From Octopus vulgaris (lineage: Eukaryota): a stretch of 64,000 nucleotides of DNA. Positions 14,845 to 28,028 of the stretch are shown in pieces (positions within the stretch are counted from its first letter, which is position 1; the number at the start of each line of letters is the position of its first letter). A program made the translations under genes and the position numbers. The stretch lies in contig OX597831.1 in assembly GCA_951406725.2 (NCBI GenBank), positions 20,584,001 to 20,648,000 of the forward strand. Direction: 5' to 3'. The notes below the pieces were generated by a model, which made no database searches, was not told where the DNA came from, and saw only the letters and a list, made by a program, of their open reading frames with translations.

Positions 14845-14881
<37 letters not shown>

Positions 14882-15471
14882 ACATATACATACACTCACG
14901 CACATACATGCACTCATTTATATATATATGTATCCATATGTTTGTATGTGTATAGGTATGAAGAGACAGAGAATGAGGAAGAAAAAGGCAAAATAATGAT
15001 ATTACTACACCACTTATATCTATATTCTGCGCACAATTAGTAATGCTAATTCAGAAATAATTACAATATTGCTACTTACAAGAAACGACAAGGAAAATAA
15101 GGATAAAATATTTCATTGTCTAATTTCGTGATGAAAACCTTATATTATGTCGACTTACACGTAGCTATTTCACTTGTAATTTTATTATGGTGTAACATGT
15201 GTTTCAACTGATGACAAAGGCTTGTAAATTTGATCTATGACGTGCTACTAATAATACATCTTCATGTATTAATTAAAGTTACCTTAGCTTACAACTGTTT
15301 ACACAAGCCATTACAGGTACGTTACTAATAGCTTTACACAGTTGGTCTATTGATCAGCTGACAAAAATTGAACGACCCCAAAAAATTAATGCTACTTTCG
15401 TCAGAGCCGCCATGATAGATCGCAAACCACCACACATTCTTTATTTTCTCTCCTTGTTTCTTTCTGAGTTC

Positions 15472-15507
15472 CTTTCTGTGGAAGAGCGTAGGCTCGAAAT
15501 GTTAAAG
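15472..15507 (+). ncRNA. Degenerate minimal type I hammerhead-like motif
   Basis: CTTT-[CTGTGGA]-A-GAGC-gtag-GCTC-[GAAA]-TG-[TT]-AAAG. Stems I and II are intact, the core is mutated. Confidence 0.5.
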
Positions 15508-15593
15508 ACTTTTACTCTTCCCGAGCATTATACTAATACATCTGCTTGTTGTCTACACAACCTGTCTTCGTCTTTTGTTCTTTTGTGAATTCT

Positions 15594-15665
<72 letters not shown>

Positions 15666-16019
15666 CGGAGATGTATTTGCATGGCAAATGACTTGATCTG
15701 AGATCGTGTGCTAAAACAGGAACTATTGCTGCATGGAAGATGTTTATATGCAATTTAAGAACACACACACACACAAACAACCGTTAGATTCACTTTAACA
15801 TTTAAATTTAATTAGTGTCAAAATATAGTCACTTTGAAACCGCGACCTGTTCACTGACAAAACTTCGTGCGGACAAAACGGGAAATCTTGACTCCTTTCC
15901 CGTGAAAAACTTACATCAACCTCACTTAGCTAATGCATTATTAGCATGAAAGACCACAAACCCAACATCTCCACTAAGACTTTTAACAGGCTGTTCTGAC
16001 CACTAAATCAGACTTGGAT

Positions 16020-16900
16020 CGAATTAGTTAATGCATTATGGACCTTATTCTACACCTATTTATGACTAAGGTCATAAAATGCTTAAGCAGCCTTCACTAT
16101 TAATTCTGCCATGAAGGGAAACCATTGGCCCGGCAGATTTCCAAGATATAGCCCATCAAATCATCACAGATCCTCCTCCATGTTTAGCAGTTGGAAGATG
16201 GCAGTCTGGGTCAAATGCTTCTTTTGGCTGTCTCCACACGTATACTTGGTCGGTGGTCGGAAATAAGGTAAAGGAGGACTCATCTGAGAAAATAACATTC
16301 TTCCACTGCTCTAGGGACCAATTCTGTAGGTTTTTACTCCACTCTAAACGCTTTGCAGCGTTTGTTTTTTGAAAGTAATGGTTTTCTGATTGCATCCCTC
16401 CCGTGAAGTCCGGTTTTGTTCAGCTCCCGACGAAAAGTTTTTGTAGAAACTGGGTTCTTGAGGTGGTCATTAACCTCTGCAGTAATTTTGGGAATTGGAC
16501 TTTTGTGAACCTTTCTACCAATTCGCGTAGGAGTCCGACGGTCCCTATCTGAAAGTTTTGGTTTTCTTCCAAAGTTTTGTTTTAATGACAACCTTTCTCC
16601 AAGGCTGTCATTATTCTCAAAACAGTACTTCTTGATACACCAAACATTTCGGCTGTTTTCGTTACGCTAGCGCCTGGCATACGACCACCAACTATTTGAA
16701 AGTCCGATAGATTTGTCAATGAATTTTACCTTTTTATGATGATATCTGAAACGAAACAACAATTTTAGCAAAACATATTAAGCAACACTAATAATAAATA
16801 AAAAAGAACATAAAAATAGACAAGCTTTTGACGGTTTATAGATATTTCAAAATTATGATTCTATAATGCTAGGTGTTTCCTTTGTTTTGTCCAACCCCTG
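16020..16900 (-). mobile_element. Tc1-family transposon remnant
   Basis: GRKPKLSDRDRR..., WSLEQWKNVIFSDESSF, PTAKHGGGSVMI. One terminus CAGGGGTTGGACAAAA next to TA at 16901-16902. Frameshifted and 3' truncated. Confidence 0.92.
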
Positions 16901-17225
16901 TATATACATATTTTGTATTTGATCTAATTAATTTCTTTGATATAATTGAAGCGTCTTGTTTGTTTATCCGCGTAATTGCTTCTATACCTCCTCAAGATAA
17001 TCCATCATAGCTTTTCTTCACCTTTCGTAACAATCCCCCGTGAAGAACATCGGAGATTAAGCTTCAATCTTTTGAGCACTACTAAATGTCTTCTATACGG
17101 AGGTTATCAGGACCTCATCTGAGAACCATATGTGTGTGTATGTGTGCGTGCGTGTGTTTGTATATATATATATATATATTCATACATACAGGCACACACT
17201 CACATATGTATATATATACATACGT

Positions 17226-17292
<67 letters not shown>

Positions 17293-17308
17293 TATATATA
17301 TATATGTA

Positions 17309-17346
<38 letters not shown>

Positions 17347-17360
17347 TACACACACATATA

Positions 17361-18277
17361 TTGGGTCATCCCATAAATATTGCCGTTTTTTATGCTTCTT
17401 TATTTTTGAGAATTAAGATAAACAAGCAACTTTTTTTAATTCTAAAATGCACTCTCATTCATTTTCTACAATGCTCTTCCATCTATCAGGTAGACTTGCA
17501 AGGCCCCTTTTCCAAAATTCACATGTCCTTTACGAAAAATACTCCAGTAGTACTGTACTTACCTCGTGTACAGAATTCATACTTTTTTCCATCCAAATGA
17601 TTTTGAGGACTGTGGATTAAATTATAATCCGATGGGGCAATGTCCGGCAAATATGGTGGGTGAAGCATCGTTTCACATTCAAACTGCTTTGGAATGTCAT
17701 CCTCGCTGTATATGGCCGAGTATTATCTTGATGGAAGGACACTTTTCATCTTGAAACCAAAAACGATGTTTTTCTTCTTGCGATGGTACTGCTGAATGGC
17801 TGACTGACCAAATTCAAGCCTCTCTGCTAGTTCATCAACAATTACGATTGGTTTTTGTTCCACTAGAGTTTTCAGGGCGTCCTCGTCGAGCTGTACAGAT
17901 CTTCTAGCACGTGGCTTGTCTTATAGACTACAGTTTCCGGCTCGGAATTTCTGGAACCACCGTTGACATTGGCCTGCGCTTATTGTCCGATCCAAATACA
18001 CTGCTTTAATATTCCTCGCACTTTCCGTTGCGTTGTTGCTTTTATTGAACTCATAAAGGAAAATATGCCGAATATGCAGCTTTGTTACTTCCATTATAGC
18101 TTTAAAAAAAATGACTGTTAAAATCAAACTGCACTCTTCAAAACCTGCACTGAGAATAAAAACGCGATAAATTTATTACCTGCTTTTATAGCAAGTTGAT
18201 GCAAGTAGTTTATCCGTCCAACTGCCACATTTAGTTCATGTAATTGAAAGAACTGCATTATTTATGGGATGACCCAA
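17361..18277 (-). mobile_element. Internally deleted mariner with both TIRs
   Basis: TIRs TTGGGTCATCCCATAAATA / TATTTATGGGATGACCCAA. Peptide HIRHIFLYEFNKSNNATESARNI..VY..RT...CQRWFQKFRAG is the mariner HTH. Confidence 0.92.
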
Positions 18278-18487
18278 TTTATTACCATAATATATCAGCC
18301 TTGTAGCAGTATGATATATTGTTCAATCATACTGAACACGTGCTATGACTGTTTTTATACCAAACCTCATAATCTGCAGTGGTGGAATCTAGAAAATAAA
18401 CAGATGTAAAAATCAATTTTCTAAAATGGGCCTCCCTATCATATGAATAACATCTGGTGGTGAAGCAAATCATATAAATTATGGTAA

Positions 18488-18524
<37 letters not shown>

Positions 18525-18528
18525 AAAA

Positions 18529-18566
18529 CTGTCCGACGAACGGGAACGTGAAACTCCGAGTAACAG
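18529..18566 (+). ncRNA. Minimal type I hammerhead ribozyme-like motif (Penelope-type)
   Basis: CTGT-[CCGACGA]-ACG-ggaa-CGT-[GAAA]-CTC-c-GAG-[TA]-ACAG. All three stems pair. Core has C in place of U4. Confidence 0.65.
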
Positions 18567-18677
18567 GTTTTGTTGAATTTCTGCTGCTTTTAAATAAAGC
18601 ATATTACTCTACCCCTGGTATTTGAGTACTCTTTTTTCCACCTTGTTTCATATTTATGTGTTTACTCCGGTATATAC

Positions 18678-18732
<55 letters not shown>

Positions 18733-18855
18733 GCCGCAATTGCGAAGATGATCCGGTTCTTGACTGAAGATTGAAGGCTTCGAATGTCCCGTCCGTGTTT
18801 TTTGTATCGTCTTCTAAATGTTTTGCGTTCCTGTCCCAGTTTGTATTTTTTTTAC

Positions 18856-18934
<79 letters not shown>

Positions 18935-18990
18935 CTTTCTATTTCAAATCTTCTCTGGAATAACTATTGCTTAACCATTTTCTCGCACTC

Positions 18991-18998
18991 TCTCCGAT

Positions 18999-19060
<62 letters not shown>

Positions 19061-19080
19061 GCCCGGAAAAAGCTATAAGA
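18991..19080 (+). ncRNA. Hammerhead-like motif with (TA)n in loop II
   Basis: TCT-[CCGATGA]-AGGG-(AT)n-aaaata-GCCCG-[GAAA]-AAGCTA-[TA]-AGA. A related degenerate copy lies at 50363-50405 (-). Confidence 0.45.
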
Positions 19081-19296
19081 CCATCTCTTTATAAATGTTC
19101 TGAAACTTTTCACACCCTTGGATTTTTATCTCATTCTGTTAATTTTTTATATACATGCATGCTAATATATATGACCTACGTTAGACTCGTCATTCGCATA
19201 ATCACCGAACGTGGAGCTTAACTACAGTCTGTCCATAGCACTTCCTCAGCATTACCTGACACCTTTGGGTCGTCTTGACACAATTACTTCTCATAA

Positions 19297-19343
<47 letters not shown>

Positions 19344-20160
19344 CAGTGATTGTGTAAATCTAAAAAAAGAGAAATGTAAAAAGTACCCTTCTAAAATTGA
19401 CCACCCTAATATATTAACAACATTTGGTAGTGCCTCAAGGCTGATATATTAGGGTAACATAAATATCATTCACATACGGTAGTGTGTTAATAATATTCTT
19501 AAGGTCAACTTTTACTCACTCGCGGCGGATTTAACCCTTTTAGGTTTAAATCAATCTTAATTCGCTATGTTGGAGCAGTGTTTAGCTACATTTTGACATA
19601 AAAGTATCGAAAGTTGGTTCAGTAGAAAAAAAGTTATGATGAAAAACGTAGGGACAAAACTGGGAGAGTAACGCCTAATAGTTACTTTGCTCGCAATTTC
19701 TCAGTTATTTAAAAGAAAACTACGTTTTAATCATATCCTTTTAAAAGATCTTGACGAGAGGATTTTTCTGGTGAAGACCTCATTAAAAGGTATTAGGTAG
19801 AACAATTAAAAGGTATTAGGTAGAACAAATGCAGCTTTAAGTGGCCAAAAATATTACTAATTAATGCCTAAGATTAACTTTAACTCCAAATATCTCAGCT
19901 ATTTGAAAAAGCAAACTAAACTTTGTGTTCAAATGAAAAATCCACCAGATTATCTTTTCTTGTTAGTTTCAAGAAAATATATCAAATGGAGTAGCCCACC
20001 CCGCTCAAAAGGTCGCTGAATAAGGATTGTTTAAGGATGATGAACAAAACACCTATGTTTCCAGAGGTGAATTATCCAATAATTGCCATTTCGAAATGTT
20101 TGACTTACTTGCAATTACAAAGGTTTTTAAATAAAAACTTGTCAATACAATGTAAACAGA

Positions 20161-20327
20161 AAGGAGTGGCTGTGTGGTAAGTAGTTTGCTTACCAACCAC
20201 ATGGTTCCGGGTTCAGTCCCACTGCGTGGCACCTTGGGCAAGTGTTTTCTACTATAGCCTCGGGCCGACCAAAGCCATGTGAGTGTATTTGGTAGACGGA
20301 AACTGAAAGAAGCCTGTCGTATATATG

Positions 20328-20377
<50 letters not shown>

Positions 20378-20600
20378 AGTGTGTGTGTTTGTCTGTCTGT
20401 GTTTGTCTCCCCAACATCGCTTGACAACCGATGCTGGTGTGTTTACGTCCTCGTAACTTAGCGGTTCGGCAAAAGAAACCGATAGAAAAAGTACTAGGCT
20501 TACAATGAATAAGTCCTGGGGTCGATTTACTCGACTAAAGGCGATGCTCCAGCATGGTCGCAGTCAAATAACTGAAACAAGTAAAAGAGTAAAAGAGAGA
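20161..20600 (+). mobile_element. OK-like SINE
   Basis: Full-length match to the family at 3722-4129. Confidence 0.9.
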
Positions 20601-21511
20601 GAGAAAATCCAGTCTATAATTCTTAAATTTTTTAATCTACCTTCTCTCCTAATTCATTTGATTCTTCATTACTCGTAATTAGTGCTTTATATATTTTATT
20701 ATTGCTCTCATTAAAAAAAAATATTTCTGATAAATATTAATTAAAAAATTTATTCTAAATCGGAAGATTTCATAATACTCGATGTAAAGAAAGTGCTATT
20801 CAATTTAGAATTTCTAACAAAAACGAATAACCATCAATTATTGACCAATAAGAAATGAAGTAATATGAAAAAGGAAGCTAAATTTATCATTAGAATAGAG
20901 ATTATTAATTTTTCTGCATCGCCTGTAAAACTGTCGACTCGAATGAAAAATGCGAGCAAGGGATAATAATATTCTTAAGTATTTAAATAAGTCTAGAAAA
21001 ATAACTAAATTAAAATGGGTTGCCAATTAAATAAAATATTCAAATAAGCCAAGCTATTCAATACTGATCAAACATTTTTCACCCAAATTATTTTATTATT
21101 GCTAAGCTTAAATGGAAATAAATTTTAAATTATTTTAATGCATGAAAATGAAGTGATAACTGCCATAGTATTTTGTAACAATAGTAGTTTAAAATTTTTT
21201 ATTTACTAAAACTTTTTTCTACAAATATAATGCAAGTAAGTAAATAATTAAATGTTTGACTATAGCTTACTTTTCCATATTATTTAAGCCTATTAAGTAA
21301 TCAAATTTTTTCTTCGTTATATTTTTAGCAAAATTGCTTTGCCTTTGAAATTTTAATTTATAATTAGTTAACTGTTTGTCCGTTCATTTTACTGGTGGGT
21401 AACTCTAAGTTTTCCCTCAAATAAATGCAGTTATTCATAATGAAAGATAATAAAGATCATCTTCATAACAACATTGTATTGATAATAAATAAACAAGAAT
21501 GAATCTCTGTT

Positions 21512-22240
21512 TCAACAAGTAAAGCTGCTAGTTTTAAAATCTCTATAAGAGATATAAGAAGTAACTCCACTGAAAAGTAATGGTCGTTACAACCTCAACA
21601 TGGTTGTTCTGCATAAAGCAATGACACTACTGTGTTTTTTTTTACCCCAGGAGGACATTTCTTCCAGCTGTTTAATGACACAATATCTGTGCCTGATATA
21701 TTACAGACAAGGGAGCGAACTTCCACCTAGCGGTGACAGGGCCGGTGGACCAGCTGATCTCAGGGTCTCACCCTTCCTCAATACTGGTTCAACTGTCTGG
21801 TAGAAATGGCAGTCGTTCGTCCCACTTCGCAATATATAGATAAACAAGCGGCACACAGCTGCAACAAGCAAAGTTGCTACTTCAAAAATCTATAATAGAT
21901 GTAAGTAGTAACACTACTGACAAGTAATGGTTGTTACCAACTCAACGTGGTCGTTCTGCATAGAACAATGTTACTACTCCTTTTAAACCCAGTAGGACAC
22001 CTCCTGCAGATGGTTAACCACACAATATCTTCCACCGAGGTCGACTTTACCTTTCATCCTTTCGGGGTCGATTAAACAAGTACCAGTTATGCACTGGGGT
22101 CGATGTAATCGACTTGATCCCCTTGTCTGTCTTTGTTTTCCCCTCTATGTTTAGCTCCCTTGAGGGCAATAAAGAAATAAATATCTGTGTCCGATATATT
22201 GCACACGAGGGAGCGAACAACTTCCACCTAGCGGTGAGAT
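21512..22240. repeat. Diverged ~350-bp tandem duplication, second unit interrupted by a SINE fragment
   Basis: 21512-21740 aligns to 21863-22240. The SINE fragment at 22031-22179 is flanked by TSD AATATCT. Both units end in TTCCACCTAGCGGTGA. Confidence 0.85.
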
Positions 22241-22252
22241 TTTATACTTGAT

Positions 22253-22710
22253 ACTCTTTACTCTTTTTCACTCTTTTGCTTGTTTCAGTCATTTGACTGC
22301 GGCCACGCTGGAGCACCACCTTTAGTCGAACAAATCGACTCCGGGACTTATTCTTTGTAAGCCTAGAAACTTATTCTATCGGTCTCTGTTGCACATGCAC
22401 CACAACCATATGTGCACGACATGGTTGCCTCATATCAAGATTAACAGCACATGACGTTGCAGGTAGGGACCAGTTAGAATTTTCTTCAGGTGGAGTAGCC
22501 CACCCCGCTCAAAAGGTCGCTGAATAAGGATTGTTTAAGGATGAACAAAACAGCTATGTTTCCAGATGTGAATTATCCAAATTCCAAAGAATTCCTCTCA
22601 ACACACAGCTATGATGCACCCCCAACTACTTCTGATCGTGGTCAGAGATTCACATGTTGTCAGCCACCAAAGATCAAATAACTGACAAACAAATCTGTGG
22701 TATTGAGCAG
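22253..22710 (-). mobile_element. OK-like SINE 3' part fused to another interspersed repeat fragment
   Basis: 22253-22390 matches the SINE tail. 22490-22580 is repeated at 19987-20080. Confidence 0.7.
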
Positions 22711-22711
22711 A

Positions 22712-22775
<64 letters not shown>

Positions 22776-22906
22776 TATACGTACGTACGTACGTACGTAC
22801 GTATGTATGTATGTATGTATGTATGTATGTATGTATGTATGTATGTATGTATGTATGTATGTATGTATGCATGTATGTATGTATGTATGTGTTTGTGTGT
22901 GTGTAT

Positions 22907-23690
22907 GTAAGTTTGTCCGGAAAGTTCTGAGCGTTTCCAAATCTATCAAAGCTTCATTGAACATTGAACACACCTGAAACATAGCACAATGAAAAATTTG
23001 GCGTTGCTTGAAGTGCTTGTGCATTTTTTCTTCGTTATTCCTGAGCACAAATAAATTTATCTTTCATTCGGGTTGCCCTTTATTGACATTTGAAATGGAT
23101 AACCAAAAAGTTCACGTTCGCGTTGTAATTCTCTTTTTTTTTTAAAGGAGAAAATACTGCAAATTTTCCAAAAGCATTTGGGAAATTTCTGGTGATGATG
23201 CTGTAGGGGAATCAACTGTTCGAAGGTGGTTTGCAAAGTTTAAAGCTGGAGAGTGTAGCTTCGAAAATGACAGTCGCAGTGGAAAACCTTCAAAAATGGA
23301 TGATGTTTTGAAAGCGAAAATCGAAAAAAAACTCAAATATCACGACTAGAGAACTCGTCGAAGAGTTGGAAGTTTCTAAAAGTACGGCTTATGAATACCC
23401 AGTGAAGCTAGGATACATTTCTCGCGGTAATGTATGGGTCAGTCACAAACGCTCAAAAAAGCATTACTTTGACCGGTATTCCTTTTCTGATATGGTTTTG
23501 AAACAATGAAAGCATACCTTTTTTGAAACAACTTGTGAGTGGAGATGAGAAATGGATTGTGTATGAAAACGTAGTGCGAAAAAGATCCTAGAGTTTGCGT
23601 AATGATTCCCCAAAACAGCAACGAAAGGCGAATATCTATAGCAAAAGAGGTATATTTTGTATTTCGTGGAATCATAAAGGCATTATTTAT
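22907..23690 (+). mobile_element. Decayed mariner, 5' portion
   Basis: From ATG at 23095: MDNQKVHVRV..., DDAVGESTVRRWFAKFKAGECSFENDSRSGKP, LVSGDEKWIVYEN. Frameshifted. Confidence 0.88.
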
Positions 23691-23849
23691 GAACATACAT
23701 ATATATGCACGTATGCATGTAATCGACTGGCCCCCTCCCCCTAAAATTTCGGGCCTTGTGCCTAGAGTAGAAAAGAATGTTGATTAGTGTTTCTCTGTTT
23801 CGTTAATTTTTTTTGATTAATGAGTAGTTAATTGTATGCTCCACTCCAT

Positions 23850-24900
23850 TCCGTTTGAATCTCCTGATGAGGTTAGATAATGAAGACCAGTGCCTTCTAT
23901 TTACATTGGAAAAGTAGTAAGATGTTTACGCAGAAGAATTTTCATGGTGCCCCCCAGTCGCACCAATCTACACATGTTAATGCAACCGACTTTATTTATT
24001 TCACATTTGTAAACTACGTTTTATTCCATGCAGTTGTTATTAAATTTGCATTCATTTTTCCGTCTGAAGTTACATGCTACATTATCTTTTCTGGTTCGGT
24101 TAACGGAGTCATTAGTGCTCACATTCTTCCTTCCTCCCGAAACAGTGTGTTCTTATTTCCCTCAGGTATGGATCTTATGGACAAATGAATGGCGCTGTTT
24201 GGACCCACTCCCTTTATGGAAGAACTTTAATCGTTCATATTCGCAACCGATCTATCGGTGTTTATTTTGGTTTGTTGTGCGGTTTTTCCATTTTCCTCCC
24301 TCTAGTTATGTCTTATTAACTTTTATGTTATTTAATTCATGTATGTAGTATTCTATATTGAGTGATGTCGCATATACTAATCCTATATTATGTCTGTCGA
24401 TGATTTTATGATATTTGCTAAATTTAGGGCAGTGCCTATATAACTGAGAATTCATGAAATATTTTGGATGTTAGTTGTGAAGTGAAAATTGTGTTAAACT
24501 AAATAATTTTATTATTTATTATTTTACCAGTTCTTTTAATGGATCTATTCGGTTTGTTATTGTATTTCGTTTTATCTATATCTATATAACAACGATTTCT
24601 ATCTCCGCCAATAGTTGTCTTCATTTCTACCCTTGCCTGCTGCTTCCTGGATTCCGTTTGATGTCTTTGTGGTTGCATTTTCTATTTCGATCCCTATTAC
24701 ATTTACTGTCTTTTTAGGGCTCTATGTTCGGTTATTATTTATAGGATCACCTCTAATATTGATAACAATATCTGGATATTGAATCTGTAATAATGTGTCA
24801 GCAGTGCCCTTATATCACGTAGTAAGGTCATCTCTGCAGATTTTCTATTGATATGGCTATAATTCTATAGAAAATCTATACAAATTATAGCCACAAACAA
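23850..24900 (-). mobile_element. Penelope-like element remnant (linker and GIY-YIG region)
   Basis: Minus-strand peptides HCPKFSKYHKIIDRHNIGLVYATSLNI and CNFRRKNECKFNNNCME*NVVYKCEI match the Cys-rich linker preceding PLE GIY-YIG domains. Confidence 0.7.
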
Positions 24901-26019
24901 CCGTAATATAGCATATTTGCCCATCACCCATTTTTTCATCTTCCATCTCACTGTTTGTTTACATCTAACGTCTCGGATAAGAAATGTCGAAACGATCATT
25001 CTTGGTTGCAATTTATCTATATCATAACATGCAATAAAGCAACACGGATGGAAGACATTATTGTTTTCATTCCAGATTTGCTTTGCGAGAGCTTTTAAAT
25101 AATACTCTTATAGGAACATACGTATCGGCTTTATATATGAGGAAATTATTATTAAAGTCATGTTGAAATATTTTCAATACCTGGCATAGAGCTTCTTGAA
25201 TATTTCGTATTATTAATGTTCTCAAATGTCTGTATTGTTGTATTGAAGTTAATATTTGCAAAGAAGTAAGTGCAGAACTTCTCTTTGTGTTTAGCTGTTA
25301 TTTATTTATGAGTCATAGTAACTCCTGACGGCCTAGTTATAGTGGGTCTACTGTGTTTGTCAGATTAGAGTTTACGTTATGATAATGATATTTTTGTTTA
25401 ATGTAGAATTTGTGGCTTACAATGAAACGTACAACAGTTTCTCCTTTTCTTAATACTATTCATTCTGCTGGTATGGCACCATTTTCCTCCGGGGTGGATA
25501 TTTCGAACGTTACATTTAAAACGATTTGAAAATTACAAAAATTCACATAGAAAAAAAATCGATGAAATCACACAAAGTTATTTTAATCTAAAGTTACAGA
25601 ATACTGTGTAGAACATTAAAAGATATCCTCAGTGTTACGTAGACAATTGTAGACATGTGTTATAAAGCTGATCTCTTGCAATATTGGGTTTTCACCCCTA
25701 CGACTCATCTCATTGAATGACGTTTTTAAAACAATACACATACATCGTTGTAGTGGCATCATATATACTTATATGTATGTTTAAGTAATAGAGTTACAAC
25801 AGAAGCTGCGAAGAGTGACTGGCTCCTACCCTGTAAATGGCAGAAAAGTTTGGTTATTCAAAGTTTTATATCAACAAACATTTATAGCGATTTAGCTAAG
25901 CTATTTTACTTCGCTACTCTTAGCACTTCCTTTAATATTCAATTAGACTACGATTTTTAGTGTGCTATGAGGATAAAATATATTAGTAAGGCCCACACAT
26001 AATTTTATATGTTATTCAT

Positions 26020-26400
26020 AGGCGTAGGAGTGGCTGTGTGGTAAGTAGCTTGCTTACCAACCAAATGGTTCCGGATTCAGTCCCACTGCGTGGCACCTTG
26101 GGCAAGTGTCTTCTACTATATCCTCAGGCCGATCAAAGCCTTTTGAGTGGACGGAAACTGAAAGAGGTCCGTCGTATATATGTATATATATATCTATGTA
26201 TGTAAGTGTGTGTATATGTTTGTGTGTCTGTGTTTGTCCCCCCAACATTGCTTGACAACCGATGCTGGTGTGTTTACGTCCCCGTAACTTAGCGGTTCGG
26301 CTTCCAAAGAATAAGTCGATTTGCTCGACTAAAGGCGGTGCTCCAGCATGGCCACAGTCAAATGATTGAAACAAGTAAAAGAGTAAAGAGTAAAAGAGTA
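26020..26400 (+). mobile_element. OK-like SINE with small deletions
   Basis: Matches the family head and tail. Confidence 0.9.
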
Positions 26401-27040
26401 TATATCACGGTGTGAAGGTGAGTGGTTATTGGTAAGTGTATTCGGCTACCGTTCGTAAAGGTCGTTGTTTACTTGAACAAGAAACTTTATTTTATTTTTT
26501 GCCGCTCCACCCGATTGGCAAAAACGAGTAGTACTTGTATTTCAAAGGACTAGCCTCGTCACTTTCTGTGTCACGCCGAATCTCCCTGACAACTATATTA
26601 AGGGTATACGTGATTATGAAGTGCTTTGCCACTTGCACGTTAAGTTGAAGAGCAAGCTGTCGCGTTGATCGGATCAATTAGAAAACCTCGATTATGCTAC
26701 AGTTTTTACAGTATAATTTATGTTTCAAGCTTCTTTCAAACTTACAAGGTGGATTGTTTGGATTGGTATTTAATTGTTGAACATATCTGACATAGTCTAT
26801 TTATCTTGTGTTTATAATTTTCCATTATTATCTAACGTAAGTCTAGGTTTAATAGAATAGATTCAATTTATGCTCGCTGGTGCTACTAATTGTTGATGCA
26901 GAATAACCAGACCATATCGTGTCTTACAACTATTTCTCCTTCTCTGGGAATTTCCGAACCTGCTTCTATGGGATCATTGTTCATTTGGAGGAACGTACAT
27001 AATGCTATTCTTCAATAGATAGATTATAATAAATATTGTT

Positions 27041-27420
27041 GAGGCGCAATGGCCCAGTGGTTAGGGCAGCGGACTCGCGGTCGTAGGATCGCGGTTTCGA
27101 TTCCCAGACCGGGTGTTGTGAGTGTTTATTGAGCGAAAACACCTAAAGATCCACGAGGCTCCGACGGGGATGGTGGTGATCCCTGCTGTACTCTTTCACC
27201 ACAACTTTCTCTCACTCTTACTTCCTGTTTCTGTTGTACCTGTATTTCAAAGGGCCGGCCATGTCACTCTCTGTGTCACGCTGAATATCCCCGAGAACTA
27301 CGTTAAGGGTACACGTGTCTGTGGAGTGCTCAGCCACTTACACGTTAATTCCACGAGCAGGCTGTTCCGTTGATCGGATCAACCGGAACCCTCGTCGTCG
27401 TAACCGACGGAGTGCTTCCA
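27041..27420 (+). mobile_element. OR-like SINE, tail type A
   Basis: GAGGCGCAATGGCCCAGTGGTTAGGGCAGCGGACTCGCGG head with B box GGTTTCGATTCCC. Ends GTAACCGACGGAGTGCTTCCA. Confidence 0.93.
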
Positions 27421-27645
27421 TATGTTTCGTTATTATCCAACGTAAGTCTAGGTTTAATAGAATAGATTCAATTTATGCTCGCTGGTGCTACTAATTGTTG
27501 ATGCAGAATAACCAGACCATACCGTGTCTTACAACTATTTCTCCTTCTCTGAGAATTTCCGAACCTGCTTCTATGGGATCATTGTTCATTTGGAGGAACG
27601 TACATAATGCTATTCTTCAATAGATAGATAATAATAAATATTGTT

Positions 27646-28028
27646 GAGGCGCAATGACCCAGTGGTTAGGGCAGCGGACTCGCGGTCATAGGATCGCGGT
27701 TTCGATTCCCAGACCGGGCGTTGTGAGTGTTTATTGAGCGAAAAACACCTAAAAGCTCCACAAGGCTCCGGCAGGGGATGGTGGTGATCCCTGCTGTACT
27801 CTTTCACCACAACTTTCTCTCACTCTTACTTCCTGTTTCTGTTGTACCTGTATTTCAAAGGGCCGGCCTTGTCACTCTCTGTGTCACGCTGAATATCCCC
27901 GAGAACTACGTTAAGGGTACACGTGTCTGTGGAGTGCTCAGCCACTTACACGTTAATTCCACGAGCAGGCTGTTCCGTTGATCGGATCAACCGGAACCCT
28001 CGTCGTCGTAACCGACGCAGTGCTTCCA
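27646..28028 (+). mobile_element. OR-like SINE, tail type A (part of a tandem duplication)
   Basis: Same flanks on both sides as the copy at 27041. Confidence 0.93.

Noticed and set aside
19531-19960. TTAACCCTTT, a piggyBac-like terminus
   Set aside because: No matching opposite terminus or transposase remnant found.
23865-23895. Perfect CTGATGAG near a Penelope remnant
   Set aside because: No matching stem II, GAAA and UH arrangement downstream.
27041-27120. tRNA-like sequences at SINE heads
   Set aside because: No proper acceptor stem, and they continue into SINE bodies. Not tRNA genes.
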